A program made the position numbers and the translations under genes. Shown in pieces: positions 26,627 through 36,464 of a stretch of DNA of 64,000 nt (position 1 is its first letter; each line of letters begins with the position of its first letter). The DNA comes from an uncultured Bacilli bacterium (GTDB lineage: Bacteria > Bacillota_I > Bacilli_A > RF39 > UBA660). The notes beneath the pieces are model-generated. The model was not told where the DNA came from and ran no database searches. It was given only the letters and a program-made list of their open reading frames with translations. The stretch covers positions 3,139-67,138 of the forward strand of contig CAJTKB010000005.1 in assembly GCA_910576925.1 (NCBI GenBank). Reading direction: 5' to 3'.

Positions 26627-29600
26627 CTATCTAATACTCTGAGCACTAGATAAGAAACTAATTAACTCATCATCTGAATTGGTACGTCCACCTAAAGTAA
26701 TATCACAGCCATTACCACCAGATGCTATATTATTACAAGAAAGACCATTATCAGAAGGATATTTAGTAGCACCATGACTTCTTATATAACTACTTCTATA
26801 GTACTTGAAACTAGGAATAGTATTTTCATTATACTTTTTAGTATTGTCACTCTTAACAACAGCTAAATACTTTGTACTATCACCTTTAATTTCTTCAAAC
26901 TTTCCATCAGTATAAGATGTATATGAAAATTTAGAATCTTTAGCTTCATTTTTTATTTTTCTAATTTGTTCCTTTGTTAAATTAATTTCATAATCTACTT
27001 CACTCTCATCATAAACGTTAGAGTTTTCTATTTTTTTAACAAGTGTTGAAGGAGTAACTGGGTATCCTGCAATTGAAAGATTTGTTGCATTAACACTCCA
27101 GTTAAACCCTTCTTTTCTTGTTCCTTCTGCGGCATCAGCCATTTTATCAACATAACTTAATCTTGTTGGTGAAACACTCTCAGTACTTAAAGAGCTTGTC
27201 TTAGTTTGTGGAAACATAGTCTTTGGTGAAATTGATTTAGTTGTATAATTATCAACTGGTGTTTTTCTATTTGCTTCACAACTAGATCCTGTACAAGGAC
27301 TACAAGAGGCACCTTCACATTTATTTGTAATATTGTCACAACCTTCAGCAAACTCACATACATTATCACAAGAGTCACCTTTACAAGTTGGAGTATAATC
27401 ATTAGCAGCATAGAAACATCCAGAATTTAAATTCCAATTATATTTACCAAAATCAGTAATCTTAGCAAATATATTATAAGTTATATCTTTTGATTTATTT
27501 CCAGCCCATTCATCAAATGTTTTATTAGTAGTACCAGCTTTATAATATTGATACCAAGTCCACCAATGAGCATTAACATTCTTAGCAGTAAGTGGTGTAC
27601 AATAATTTCCTATCTTAGAAGTGTACCATTTACCTTCAGACTCTTTTGGCTTATCATATACAACTTCGCCATTCTTATTATTAATCCAAGCACCAGGGAA
27701 AGTAATTATACTATGATACATATCTGTTTTAGTTCCACTACCTGAATTATTAAATCCAGTTGAACAAGTTCCACCATTATATTTAAGAATTCTATTATAT
27801 TCTAATTTAGAATTATCAATAAATGTATTTTGTTGATTATTATCATCTTTTCTAATACAGTTTCCATTACTATCATAATTTCCACTATCACATTTTTGTT
27901 TATCTGCACCAGTTTCTACATCATTATTTACTGCTATTGTAAAGTTTGTAGTTTCTGTATTACAATTAGCTACTACTGCTTCAATACATTTAGTAAGAGC
28001 ATCTATATATTTATTAACATTAGATACATAATCAGATTCCGCTTTTTCCTTGTCTAAGTAATAACAATTTCCTCCAGTATAACTTTTTCCGCTATTTATC
28101 CATTCACAAGTTTCTTGACAAACTGTACTTCTCTTAAATCCATTACTATCTGGATAATAATGACCAGTTCCACCAGGTCTACCTTTGTAACAACCATTTG
28201 CAGCACGACAACTAGCAGCAGGAGTAGAACTACAAGTAGTAGAACCCCAAATCCAACTATAACCATAAGCATTACATACTGTTCTAGCAGTTATTGATTT
28301 ATCTCTAAAATAATAGTATCCATATTTATTCCACTCACAAGAACCTTTAGCAGTATATGAAATTGTCTTACCATTCATAGAATAATTACCAGTAATATTA
28401 TCATTAACATACTCATAGATCTTACTAATTACACTAGGATCAGATAAAGGATCTCCTCCTGGGCAACTATTACCTCCAACACTACCACCAGATAATAATC
28501 CCATCCTAGTAGCAAGTGTTATTGTATCAATACTATATATTTTTCTATTAATTTCATCTATTGTTAATTCAGACGATTTTACTAAATCACTATAATTTTT
28601 ATTATCAGTAGAAACATTATCAAGAGTAGATGTCTTTTTAGTAGTACTTTTCTTTGTACTTTCACTAGTTTTAGTTTTCTTATTATAAACAGAATTATAA
28701 CAACTATCTATACACTTTTGAGAATATTTACCACCATCACAAGAACTAATACAACTATCAAAATCTTCAGTTGGACCTGCTTGATTTTGATAACCTGAAC
28801 CACCTGCAGGAACTCCATTAGAACCATAACAATAAGGATATACCTCACAAGGAACATAATTATTAATATCAGGGAAATTATTGAAGGCATCATCACCATT
28901 GCCACCATTACCATCTCCACCTAGACCAGTAACAACACATTCCACATTACTTTTAACCTCAACTTCATAGGTAAAACACTGACCTGCAATAACTGCAACA
29001 GGAGGTCCATAAGATATAGTAAGAGTTTCTCTACATTTAGTACCACAAACTTTCTTAGTAGTAGTTTTTCTATCTGCTACTACACCATCTCCTAATACTA
29101 TATCAGCATTAATATTTTTTGTCTCAATATGATATAAATATTGGAATGTTTTCTCATTTTTAGTACTACAAGTTAACATAGAACTACTATTAGCTCCAAG
29201 AGCTTTATAATCCACCTTTTTAGTATCTTTAATTTCTTTCCATTTTGAATCTAATGCTGGAAGATCTTTAGAAAAAGCAGTATAGCTTCCATCACCTTTA
29301 GTAGAATCTGCAAACTTTTTATAAGTATTATTATAAAAATCTTCTAATGATTTCTTTATTTTATTTAAATTATCTTTAGACATATTATAACTACTACCAA
29401 AACAAGGAGCCATAGCCTTCTTTACAAGAGTAGCCATTCTACTATCAACAGTATTAACAAAAGATGTAGCCCAATCACATGCCTCTTTATTAGCAAGAGT
29501 CTTTTCAATAGTCGCATTACTTCTTTGATTATCATGTGTAACATGTTCTATTTTTAGCCAATAACTACAATTAGGAATATTTTCATCTACTTCTAACATA

Positions 29601-30034
29601 ACGATTACATAAAAGTCAGATACTCCATTAACTGTATAAGGGCTTTGCTTAACCTCATTATGTTTAATAACATAATTACCACTAACTCCATTAGCAATAT
29701 TTCTAGAACCAGCTCCTTTAATAGCTTTATTTGCAATCTTTTTGAGTTTAGTATTAGATTTATCAGAAAGATCAGAATCACTTATTAAATTTTCTGGAAC
29801 TAACCATATAGAATATTTACCATTTCCTAATTCTACTTCAACGTTTTTTAACTTTTCTCCATCTGAACTAGAATTCATAGAAAATTTAGCACTAGCACCA
29901 GAGCAATATCCTTCTTTTTCAGCTTCAGCATAAACGTCAAAATTTTTAACGATAATATTCATAGATAAAATTAATGTTAAAAATAAACCAACCCATTTTT
30001 TATTCATAAAATTATATTTATGCATAATCATCAT
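26627..30034 (-). CDS. Large secreted, extremely cysteine-rich protein (about 60 Cys); putative adhesin or effector
   Basis: Signal peptide (MNKKWVGLFLTLILSMNIIV, probable start near 30007), then dense Cys clusters (SGCFYAANDYTPTCKGDSCDNVCEFAEGCDNITNKCEGASCSPCTGSSCE...). No C-terminal LPXTG/NPQTN signal and no hydrophobic tail. Confidence 0.7.
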   Translation of the reverse strand: MMIMHKYNFMNKKWVGLFLTLILSMNIIVKNFDVYAEAEKEGYCSGASAKFSMNSSSDGEKLKNVEVELGNGKYSIWLVPENLISDSDLSDKSNTKLKKIANKAIKGAGSRNIANGVSGNYVIKHNEVKQSPYTVNGVSDFYVIVMLEVDENIPNCSYWLKIEHVTHDNQRSNATIEKTLANKEACDWATSFVNTVDSRMATLVKKAMAPCFGSSYNMSKDNLNKIKKSLEDFYNNTYKKFADSTKGDGSYTAFSKDLPALDSKWKEIKDTKKVDYKALGANSSSMLTCSTKNEKTFQYLYHIETKNINADIVLGDGVVADRKTTTKKVCGTKCRETLTISYGPPVAVIAGQCFTYEVEVKSNVECVVTGLGGDGNGGNGDDAFNNFPDINNYVPCEVYPYCYGSNGVPAGGSGYQNQAGPTEDFDSCISSCDGGKYSQKCIDSCYNSVYNKKTKTSESTKKSTTKKTSTLDNVSTDNKNYSDLVKSSELTIDEINRKIYSIDTITLATRMGLLSGGSVGGNSCPGGDPLSDPSVISKIYEYVNDNITGNYSMNGKTISYTAKGSCEWNKYGYYYFRDKSITARTVCNAYGYSWIWGSTTCSSTPAASCRAANGCYKGRPGGTGHYYPDSNGFKRSTVCQETCEWINSGKSYTGGNCYYLDKEKAESDYVSNVNKYIDALTKCIEAVVANCNTETTNFTIAVNNDVETGADKQKCDSGNYDSNGNCIRKDDNNQQNTFIDNSKLEYNRILKYNGGTCSTGFNNSGSGTKTDMYHSIITFPGAWINNKNGEVVYDKPKESEGKWYTSKIGNYCTPLTAKNVNAHWWTWYQYYKAGTTNKTFDEWAGNKSKDITYNIFAKITDFGKYNWNLNSGCFYAANDYTPTCKGDSCDNVCEFAEGCDNITNKCEGASCSPCTGSSCEANRKTPVDNYTTKSISPKTMFPQTKTSSLSTESVSPTRLSYVDKMADAAEGTRKEGFNWSVNATNLSIAGYPVTPSTLVKKIENSNVYDESEVDYEINLTKEQIRKIKNEAKDSKFSYTSYTDGKFEEIKGDSTKYLAVVKSDNTKKYNENTIPSFKYYRSSYIRSHGATKYPSDNGLSCNNIASGGNGCDITLGGRTNSDDELISFLSSAQSIR

Positions 30035-30827
30035 CTACTCCTTTCAATATTTCTTTTATTTCTTTATAATTACTTTTTTCAGTAACATCATAATCATAAC
30101 CTTTATTCTTTTCTATAAGTTTTGCATCAACTCTAAGTTGCATATCGCTTCTTCCATTAAATCTAGTACAAGTAATTAATGAAATTATCTTATCACTTTC
30201 TGAAACATCAACATCAAACTCAAAATAACTACTTTTCTGCGACTTTTCAATGTATTTCTTCAAATCTTTTTTAGTATAAGAAGTTATAGAAGTATCAACA
30301 TCATCTTTATCAATAAGAGATACAGAAAATATTTGATATAAATCATTTTTACCATTTAATGTGTATTGAACATATTTATTTTCTTTACTAAAGTCATAAT
30401 ATATAAATGACATTAGCTGTTCAAACTGATTCATTCTTTCATCTCCTACCAAAGGCTGACTTGAGACATTTCTAACATTGTGTCCTAATATTGTAAGAAA
30501 GTTTTCATCATCTTTAGGTGAAACATTAACCCAAACATAACCATCACTTTTAAAAGTTTCCATCATAGTATCGCTATACTCAATTATTGGATAATCAATA
30601 TTAGTTCCTTGTACTCTTATCCAACCAACAACTTTCTCATTACTATATTTTTTCTTTGCTTTAGTAACACTACTTGTCCTCTCTTCTATTTTATAAATAG
30701 GAAATAAAACTCTTCTCAAATTCATTTTCCTAAATAAGTAAAATAAGATAAGTAGTATAAAAAGAGATATTAATATCATAATAAGTAAGTTTTTAATCAT
30801 TTTGCTTCTTATACCTTTTCCCATCAT
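30018..30827 (-). CDS. srtB: Class B sortase
   Basis: N-terminal TM, then VGWIRVQGTNIDYPIIEYSD, LTILGHNV (His), ISLITCTRF (TLxTC Cys) and MQLRVDAKLI (Arg). These align with the S. aureus SrtB motifs. Confidence 0.75.
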   Translation of the reverse strand: MMGKGIRSKMIKNLLIMILISLFILLILFYLFRKMNLRRVLFPIYKIEERTSSVTKAKKKYSNEKVVGWIRVQGTNIDYPIIEYSDTMMETFKSDGYVWVNVSPKDDENFLTILGHNVRNVSSQPLVGDERMNQFEQLMSFIYYDFSKENKYVQYTLNGKNDLYQIFSVSLIDKDDVDTSITSYTKKDLKKYIEKSQKSSYFEFDVDVSESDKIISLITCTRFNGRSDMQLRVDAKLIEKNKGYDYDVTEKSNYKEIKEILKGVDDDYA

Positions 30828-30838
30828 AACACCCTTAA

Positions 30839-32611
30839 CTAATCACTAACTTTATATGGCTCTTTCATAGTACCTTTTCCACTTTTTATAGTAATACCTT
30901 CTTTGAAATATGCTACAAATCTAAGATTTGCTGTTCCAGACATATAATCATTAGTATCATAATAAACTGTACCATTATCAGATGATAAATATCTAACATT
31001 ATTTTTATTAGATGAATTAATATACCAAGTAGGTATTACAGAACTACTATACATATCATATAAGTTAGGAGCTGAAAATTTGACATTATATTTCTTTTCA
31101 GTCTTTTTTCCACTATAAGATGATTTATTTTCATATATTGGAACTACAACAGAGTGCTTTTCAAAATATGATGTTTTAATATAACTGCTAACTGTATTTT
31201 CTAAATTATAACCTATATTTCCTTTTTTATTTGGATTATAAACCTTACCATCACCATATTCGAACTTATCTTCTGAAATATCTCCTGCCACAATTACTTT
31301 AGCATTTTTTCCATCAGTCTCAACAATACGATATAATATTCCAGCATATTCTACATATTCTCCACTGTATCTTTTATTTAAATCTTCTCCTGGCTTACCT
31401 GTTTTAAAGTCACCTATATCATATGGATCATCTGCAGTACCACTACCATCAATAATTTTTATATTCTTTTTTAAAACTATACTAGGTCTTACATTAAAAT
31501 GATTTTTTCTACTATATTCTAAATATTTAGATTCTTGATTGAAGAAATTTTTTCTAGTTGTCCAAGCATTCTTATCATCTAAACTATTAGAAGTCCAATT
31601 AATAGTATTAGTATAAAGATAACTCTCCCCCTCCTTTTGGGAACTATTATACTCATTTATCGACAAAAGTCCAGCATTTTTTTTGTTTTTCTCTACTTTA
31701 CAGTCAACTTTGGTGTCAACTGAATTTTTACCAACATCATCACTACACCATACACTTCGCTCTTGAACAAAGTCTTTTGAGCTTTCAGCTAAATGCTCAT
31801 AATAATAATCATTTAACCATTTATCAATTGAGTTATAATCAACTTGACTAATATCTTCTGCACTAACAATTTTTACTGTACCATCATCATTTAAGCGAAC
31901 TATTCTAAACAATTGTCCAGAAAATTTAATATAATTATTAACATCTAGTCCTTTATATATTCCATCATTATTAGTACCATTTAATATTGTTTGTTTTAGA
32001 CTCTGACTAACTGTTACTTTTCTAGTAACTGAAGTTTTATTTTCAAAACTATCAGTAGCTGAATAAACTATTGTATATTCACCAACCTTTGTTGTATCTA
32101 TATCACTCTTAATTATAACTGATGAAATATCTATATTACCATCTGTTTTATCCTTTACACTTTTTACTCCAGGATCCTTAAAATTAGAACCTTTTTCAAC
32201 TTCCATTTCAACATTACCATTAAGTTTTATTTCAGGGCCTTTATGATCAACTCTAGAACTCATAAAGCCACATTGTAAATATACATAATATTTAAGTTCA
32301 CCAGATTGTTTTTTTACTTTAACCCAACTTTTTTTCAAATCACACTCTTCACCACTATAGGCGCCTTTTAAAGCTTCTTTGATATAACTTTTATCTAAAA
32401 GTGTTATTCCACTAACTGTAGCCATTTCCCCTTCTCGTGGAACTCTGTTAGCATTAAGTTGAAAAAATCTTTCTCCAGCTTTTCTCATAATATTTTCATT
32501 TGAATTAAATTTTACTAGTGGATAGATAATAATTACCCATAATCCAAGAACAATAACTAATGCTATAACTAAAATAGATAATATACTTTTATTATTTTCT
32601 TTCTTTTTCAT
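30839..32611 (-). CDS. Membrane-anchored extracellular protein, member B of the repeated-domain family (two tandem domain copies)
   Basis: N-terminal TM. Copy 1: VNNYIKFSGQLFRIVRL...GSGTADDPYDI. Copy 2: EYVEYAGILYRIVETDG...GKGTMKEPYKVSD at the C-terminus. Confidence 0.7.
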   Translation of the reverse strand: MKKKENNKSILSILVIALVIVLGLWVIIIYPLVKFNSNENIMRKAGERFFQLNANRVPREGEMATVSGITLLDKSYIKEALKGAYSGEECDLKKSWVKVKKQSGELKYYVYLQCGFMSSRVDHKGPEIKLNGNVEMEVEKGSNFKDPGVKSVKDKTDGNIDISSVIIKSDIDTTKVGEYTIVYSATDSFENKTSVTRKVTVSQSLKQTILNGTNNDGIYKGLDVNNYIKFSGQLFRIVRLNDDGTVKIVSAEDISQVDYNSIDKWLNDYYYEHLAESSKDFVQERSVWCSDDVGKNSVDTKVDCKVEKNKKNAGLLSINEYNSSQKEGESYLYTNTINWTSNSLDDKNAWTTRKNFFNQESKYLEYSRKNHFNVRPSIVLKKNIKIIDGSGTADDPYDIGDFKTGKPGEDLNKRYSGEYVEYAGILYRIVETDGKNAKVIVAGDISEDKFEYGDGKVYNPNKKGNIGYNLENTVSSYIKTSYFEKHSVVVPIYENKSSYSGKKTEKKYNVKFSAPNLYDMYSSSVIPTWYINSSNKNNVRYLSSDNGTVYYDTNDYMSGTANLRFVAYFKEGITIKSGKGTMKEPYKVSD

Positions 32612-32643
32612 CTTTATCCCTCTTCAATTATCTTTCTAATATT

Positions 32644-34224
32644 TTATTTAATTTTTAAAGTATACCTTTTATTTCTAAGTGTATATAAAATCGATATATC
32701 ACTAGAATCAAGTATTTTACTATCAACCATTATAAAAATATCCCTTCCTTGATAGCTAATTCCAATAGCATCAACTATATTTGCATAACGTACTCTACCT
32801 TTACTATCTTTATATTTAATTCTACCATATTTAGTAGAAAAGTCAATAAATTCTTCTCCCTCAAAATCACTAGATGAAAAGCTAATTTTCAAGATTTTCT
32901 TACCTTCTCTTGCACTAACTGTTTCTACACTAGTTGCACAAACTGAATCACTTGGACAAAAATATCTATTATAACTAAAACTTGTATTAATATCTGTTGA
33001 AGTTGTTCTAATCTTTTTATCCTCTAAGTATATATAATCAAAGTTTATTTCATCACCTATCTTATATTCACCTGTATCTTTAACTTCTGATACATCAGTC
33101 ATTTTAAGTTTTACTTTTCTAAGATGACTACCAAGCTTTCCACCAAGCTCCTGATAATATAATACAAATCTATTTTTTCTTAACTTTTCCTTTACTCTAA
33201 ATACCAAGTACATTTCCCTTGACTTCCCTCCATACAAACTCACCTTTCCATCCGCTGGCTCTCCAATATCTGTAAAATATGAGTTATAGAAGGATTTATA
33301 TGTATAATCACTACCCCCATTCATTAAATGATATCTATCAAGATTAGGAGAAACTCTTTTATTACTTGTATTTTTTATATTTACAATAAGTACTACAAAA
33401 TTGTATCCCTCTTCTATCTTATTACCTGCTAAATCTTTATCTGTAATATAACTATCTTTTACTGTAATTTCATACATACCAGACTTAAAAGTCTTTCCTT
33501 GTTTATAGCTTCTATTTGTAACTGCAAAAAAGTAATATCCTTGATATAGTATATAAATAGATGATACAACAATAAGTATATTACAAATAAATGTATGTTC
33601 CTTATAAAAATAATATAGATTTCTCTTAGTCCTATTATATAATCTTATAATAGAATTTTTATCAAAATCAAAACTAATTTCAAATTCTTCTCTATCTTCA
33701 CTTGATAATTCTAAATATTCTTCATCTTTTTTAAAGTTAAACTTTTTAATATCTATTCCTAGTACTCTTATAATTAGTAATATAAGAATAGGATACTGTA
33801 AAAATTTACCTATTGTCAAAATATCTCGATATATTAAAACACCACTAACAGTTGTTCCCAAACTATAAGTATTAAAAAAATTACTAGTTAGTATTACTCC
33901 TATTAATAGTAATAAATATTCAAAAATATATAATATATATATCTTCCAAGGTTTTTCCTTTTTTCTAAGAAGTACAAGTAAAAGAAAACTTCCAACAATT
34001 ATAACAATTAACGCCAAATAAAGAAAAACTCCTACACGTGATGAAAATCTTTCCATACTAGCATTATAAGTACCATAACTAATATATTGTTTAACAAAAG
34101 CTGTAATAGAATTAATCTTAATCCAGACAAAAAACCAAAGAAAAAGAATAACAATATGTATTTTTCTAAAGTTCTTAATCAAAAAGGCATATGGCTTTCT
34201 AAATACCATAAGTAACCCCTCCAT
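32644..34224 (-). CDS. Polytopic membrane protein with a C-terminal extracytoplasmic domain, function unknown
   Basis: 526 aa with at least five N-terminal TMs and a large hydrophilic C-terminal half. It is the first gene of the co-oriented island gene string. Confidence 0.55.
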   Translation of the reverse strand: MEGLLMVFRKPYAFLIKNFRKIHIVILFLWFFVWIKINSITAFVKQYISYGTYNASMERFSSRVGVFLYLALIVIIVGSFLLLVLLRKKEKPWKIYILYIFEYLLLLIGVILTSNFFNTYSLGTTVSGVLIYRDILTIGKFLQYPILILLIIRVLGIDIKKFNFKKDEEYLELSSEDREEFEISFDFDKNSIIRLYNRTKRNLYYFYKEHTFICNILIVVSSIYILYQGYYFFAVTNRSYKQGKTFKSGMYEITVKDSYITDKDLAGNKIEEGYNFVVLIVNIKNTSNKRVSPNLDRYHLMNGGSDYTYKSFYNSYFTDIGEPADGKVSLYGGKSREMYLVFRVKEKLRKNRFVLYYQELGGKLGSHLRKVKLKMTDVSEVKDTGEYKIGDEINFDYIYLEDKKIRTTSTDINTSFSYNRYFCPSDSVCATSVETVSAREGKKILKISFSSSDFEGEEFIDFSTKYGRIKYKDSKGRVRYANIVDAIGISYQGRDIFIMVDSKILDSSDISILYTLRNKRYTLKIK

Positions 34225-34321
34225 TCTAATAGTATTTTATCAAATCGAAGAAACTAAATCTATAGTTTATAGAAAAAAAGAAAAATATGTGTTATAATTT
34301 TCTAATGAAAGAAGGTAGTAT

Positions 34322-34732
34322 ATGAAAAACAAATTTACTAAAATATTTACAATTTTAATAATATTATTATTAACAACAGGTTGTAAAAATTCAATTATAG
34401 AGATGAAATACCAAGATATAAATAAAATGATAAAAGATAAAAAAACTTTTATCTTAATAGTAACTCAAGATAGTTGCATCCACTGTGAGGAATATAAACC
34501 AAGAATAAAAAAGATACTAAAGAAAAATAATCTTACGGCGTATAATTTAGATATAACTGATATTAGTGAAGATGACTATAATAAATTTAAAGATAATTAC
34601 GATTTTAAAGGAACTCCAACTACAATGTTTTTTAAAAAAGGAAAAGAAAATATGAGTGCAAGAATTATAGGAGCAGTTAATGATGAAAAAATAAAAAATA
34701 CTTTAAAATCACAAGGATATAATATAAAGTAA
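34322..34732 (+). CDS. Thioredoxin-fold lipoprotein (extracytoplasmic thiol-disulfide oxidoreductase-like)
   Basis: Lipobox LLLTTGC, CxxC motif SCIHCEEYKP, 136 aa. RBS GAAGGTAG. It is divergent from the island gene string. Confidence 0.7.
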   Translation: MKNKFTKIFTILIILLLTTGCKNSIIEMKYQDINKMIKDKKTFILIVTQDSCIHCEEYKPRIKKILKKNNLTAYNLDITDISEDDYNKFKDNYDFKGTPTTMFFKKGKENMSARIIGAVNDEKIKNTLKSQGYNIK

Positions 34733-34733
34733 A

Positions 34734-34766
34734 AAAACATCTCCAAAAATAAGAGATGTTTTTTTA
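34734..34766. terminator. Bidirectional rho-independent terminator shared by the lipoprotein gene and the convergent acidic-protein gene
   Basis: AACATCTC-caaaaataa-GAGATGTT with a T-run on the plus side and an A-run on the other side (read as a U-run by the minus-strand gene). Confidence 0.7.
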
Positions 34767-35072
34767 AAATAACCCGACATCATCAAAAGAGTCTGTATTA
34801 CTATCATCTTCTACAATAGCACTACTAACTGAAGTTGTATCAGAACTATCTAAAGTATCATCAGAATAATCAAATACACTCATACCATCTTCATCACCAT
34901 AATCAACAGAATCATAATTATCAAATCTATGTTCGTTTAAATAATTGATAGCACTCTTAAGTTCATCAGACATTTCTGGCAAAATATTTATAAAATCTCT
35001 TCTAGCTTGATTATTATTAGTAGTATTAATATCCTCTTCTATAATATTAGGCTCAAAATCATTATACGGCAT
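34764..35072 (-). CDS. Small highly acidic protein (D/E/S-rich), function unknown
   Basis: 102 aa, C-terminal DSSDTTSVSSAIVEDDSNTDSFDDVGLF. The acidity is reminiscent of DNA-mimic or anti-restriction proteins, but this is speculative. Confidence 0.5.
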   Translation of the reverse strand: MPYNDFEPNIIEEDINTTNNNQARRDFINILPEMSDELKSAINYLNEHRFDNYDSVDYGDEDGMSVFDYSDDTLDSSDTTSVSSAIVEDDSNTDSFDDVGLF

Positions 35073-35126
35073 ATTCCCTCCTATATATATTTATATAAGA
35101 AAAGATCAAGCAAATTGATCTTAACA

Positions 35127-35414
35127 TTAACCTCCAGTAGGAAGTTTCTTAGCCATTTCCCAAACTAATGTTGATAATTTATCTAATTCTTTATTTATTT
35201 CTCTACAACTAATAATAGTCTTCTTTAAATTGGTATAAACTTTTGAACTACGCTCACCACCATACCACAAATTTTTCTCCATATATATAACATCATTTTC
35301 TAAAACATTTATATCATTACCCATAGTAGTATTTGCAAAATTAATCTTATCACGTGCTTTTAAAATTACATTAACATCTAATTTAAATTTAGCGTTTTTA
35401 CTTCTACTTGCCAT
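35127..35414 (-). CDS. Small helical protein, possibly WXG100-like
   Basis: 95 aa with a central LWYGGERS (W-x-G at about residue 50, the position seen in WXG100 proteins). Size fits. Confidence 0.35.
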   Translation of the reverse strand: MASRSKNAKFKLDVNVILKARDKINFANTTMGNDINVLENDVIYMEKNLWYGGERSSKVYTNLKKTIISCREINKELDKLSTLVWEMAKKLPTGG

Positions 35415-35441
35415 CTATAAAATCTCCTTTCACATATTTAG

Positions 35442-36122
35442 TTACTGTTGTTCCGCTTTTGTTTGCAGCCTATTTAAGCTAGCTTCTACATCTTGTGCCA
35501 TTCCTTCAATAGTAGCTTGAAGCATAGCATTATATTCCATATCTTGATCTATGTTTTGGCTAATCATTTTATATTTATTAGCATTCCAAGAAATTCTCTT
35601 ATTTATACTCTTGCTTAGCCTTTCAATTTGTAAATTAATCTCAGAACTTTTTATACCTGAATTATTCAAGATTTTTAACTGGCTTTGAATTTCTTTTAAG
35701 GAATCATTGATTCTATCAAAATCTTTTTTTATTTTCTCCTGATACTCTCCAATTTTAGCACTCTCTACTACAATATTACCATTTTTTGAAGTTGAGGAAC
35801 CACTTGAAGAGCCAGATGAGCTACTACCTGTACTTGGAACAGAATATGATTTAGTAGTATCCAAAGTATTAGTTTCTGGATTCCAGTTTCCTGCTTTTGC
35901 TTGATCAACAGTTACAATAGTACCATTAGCTTGCCTGTCAGCTAAACTCTTATCACCATTATTTTCATATATTAAAAAACTAGTTGTAATTCCATCATTA
36001 CCTTTAATAGGATCTATTAAATAATCTGAACCACCTTTTACTGGATTTTGAAAATATTGGTTAAATATTTTATCACCATCTGGCAAAATATCTGTAAAAG
36101 ACTTTATTCCACCATAATTCAT
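35442..36122 (-). CDS. Hypothetical protein with a Ser/Gly linker and a C-terminal helical hairpin domain
   Basis: 226 aa. Its C-terminal 100 aa are predicted coiled-coil (ISWNANKY...ATIEGMAQDVEASLNRLQ). Confidence 0.45.
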   Translation of the reverse strand: MNYGGIKSFTDILPDGDKIFNQYFQNPVKGGSDYLIDPIKGNDGITTSFLIYENNGDKSLADRQANGTIVTVDQAKAGNWNPETNTLDTTKSYSVPSTGSSSSGSSSGSSTSKNGNIVVESAKIGEYQEKIKKDFDRINDSLKEIQSQLKILNNSGIKSSEINLQIERLSKSINKRISWNANKYKMISQNIDQDMEYNAMLQATIEGMAQDVEASLNRLQTKAEQQ

Positions 36123-36464
36123 AATAAAATTCCTCCTATCCTTATATTTTTATTACATTCTTATCATATCTAAAAATGAAAATTTAGTCAATAACTAACA
36201 ATTACCTTTACACCAATTTTACAAGTATAATCATACTATTACTATTATTTATTATATTAATCTAATTACTCAGTTATTTTAAATAAGATTATTAACAATA
36301 GCTATTATATTAAAACATATTGATTAAATATATCTATAGTCTCCCATCAAATAGGCTAATTAATATAAAGAAACTGCCTATTAAAATATAGTTGTATTAT
36401 AAACATAAATTCATATATACTTATCAAGCAAAACACTAATCATAAAATAATATAGTATAGAAGA

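Noticed and set aside
27187-29933. Several 60-75-aa ORFs on both strands
   Set aside because: All nested within the 1135-aa Cys-rich gene, which has continuous coding signal.
30839-32611. Considered the G-x-G-T-x-x-x-P-Y C-terminal motif as a sortase or other sorting signal
   Set aside because: The motif also occurs mid-protein at the end of internal domain copies and is not followed by a hydrophobic segment and basic tail. It is more likely a structural domain terminus.
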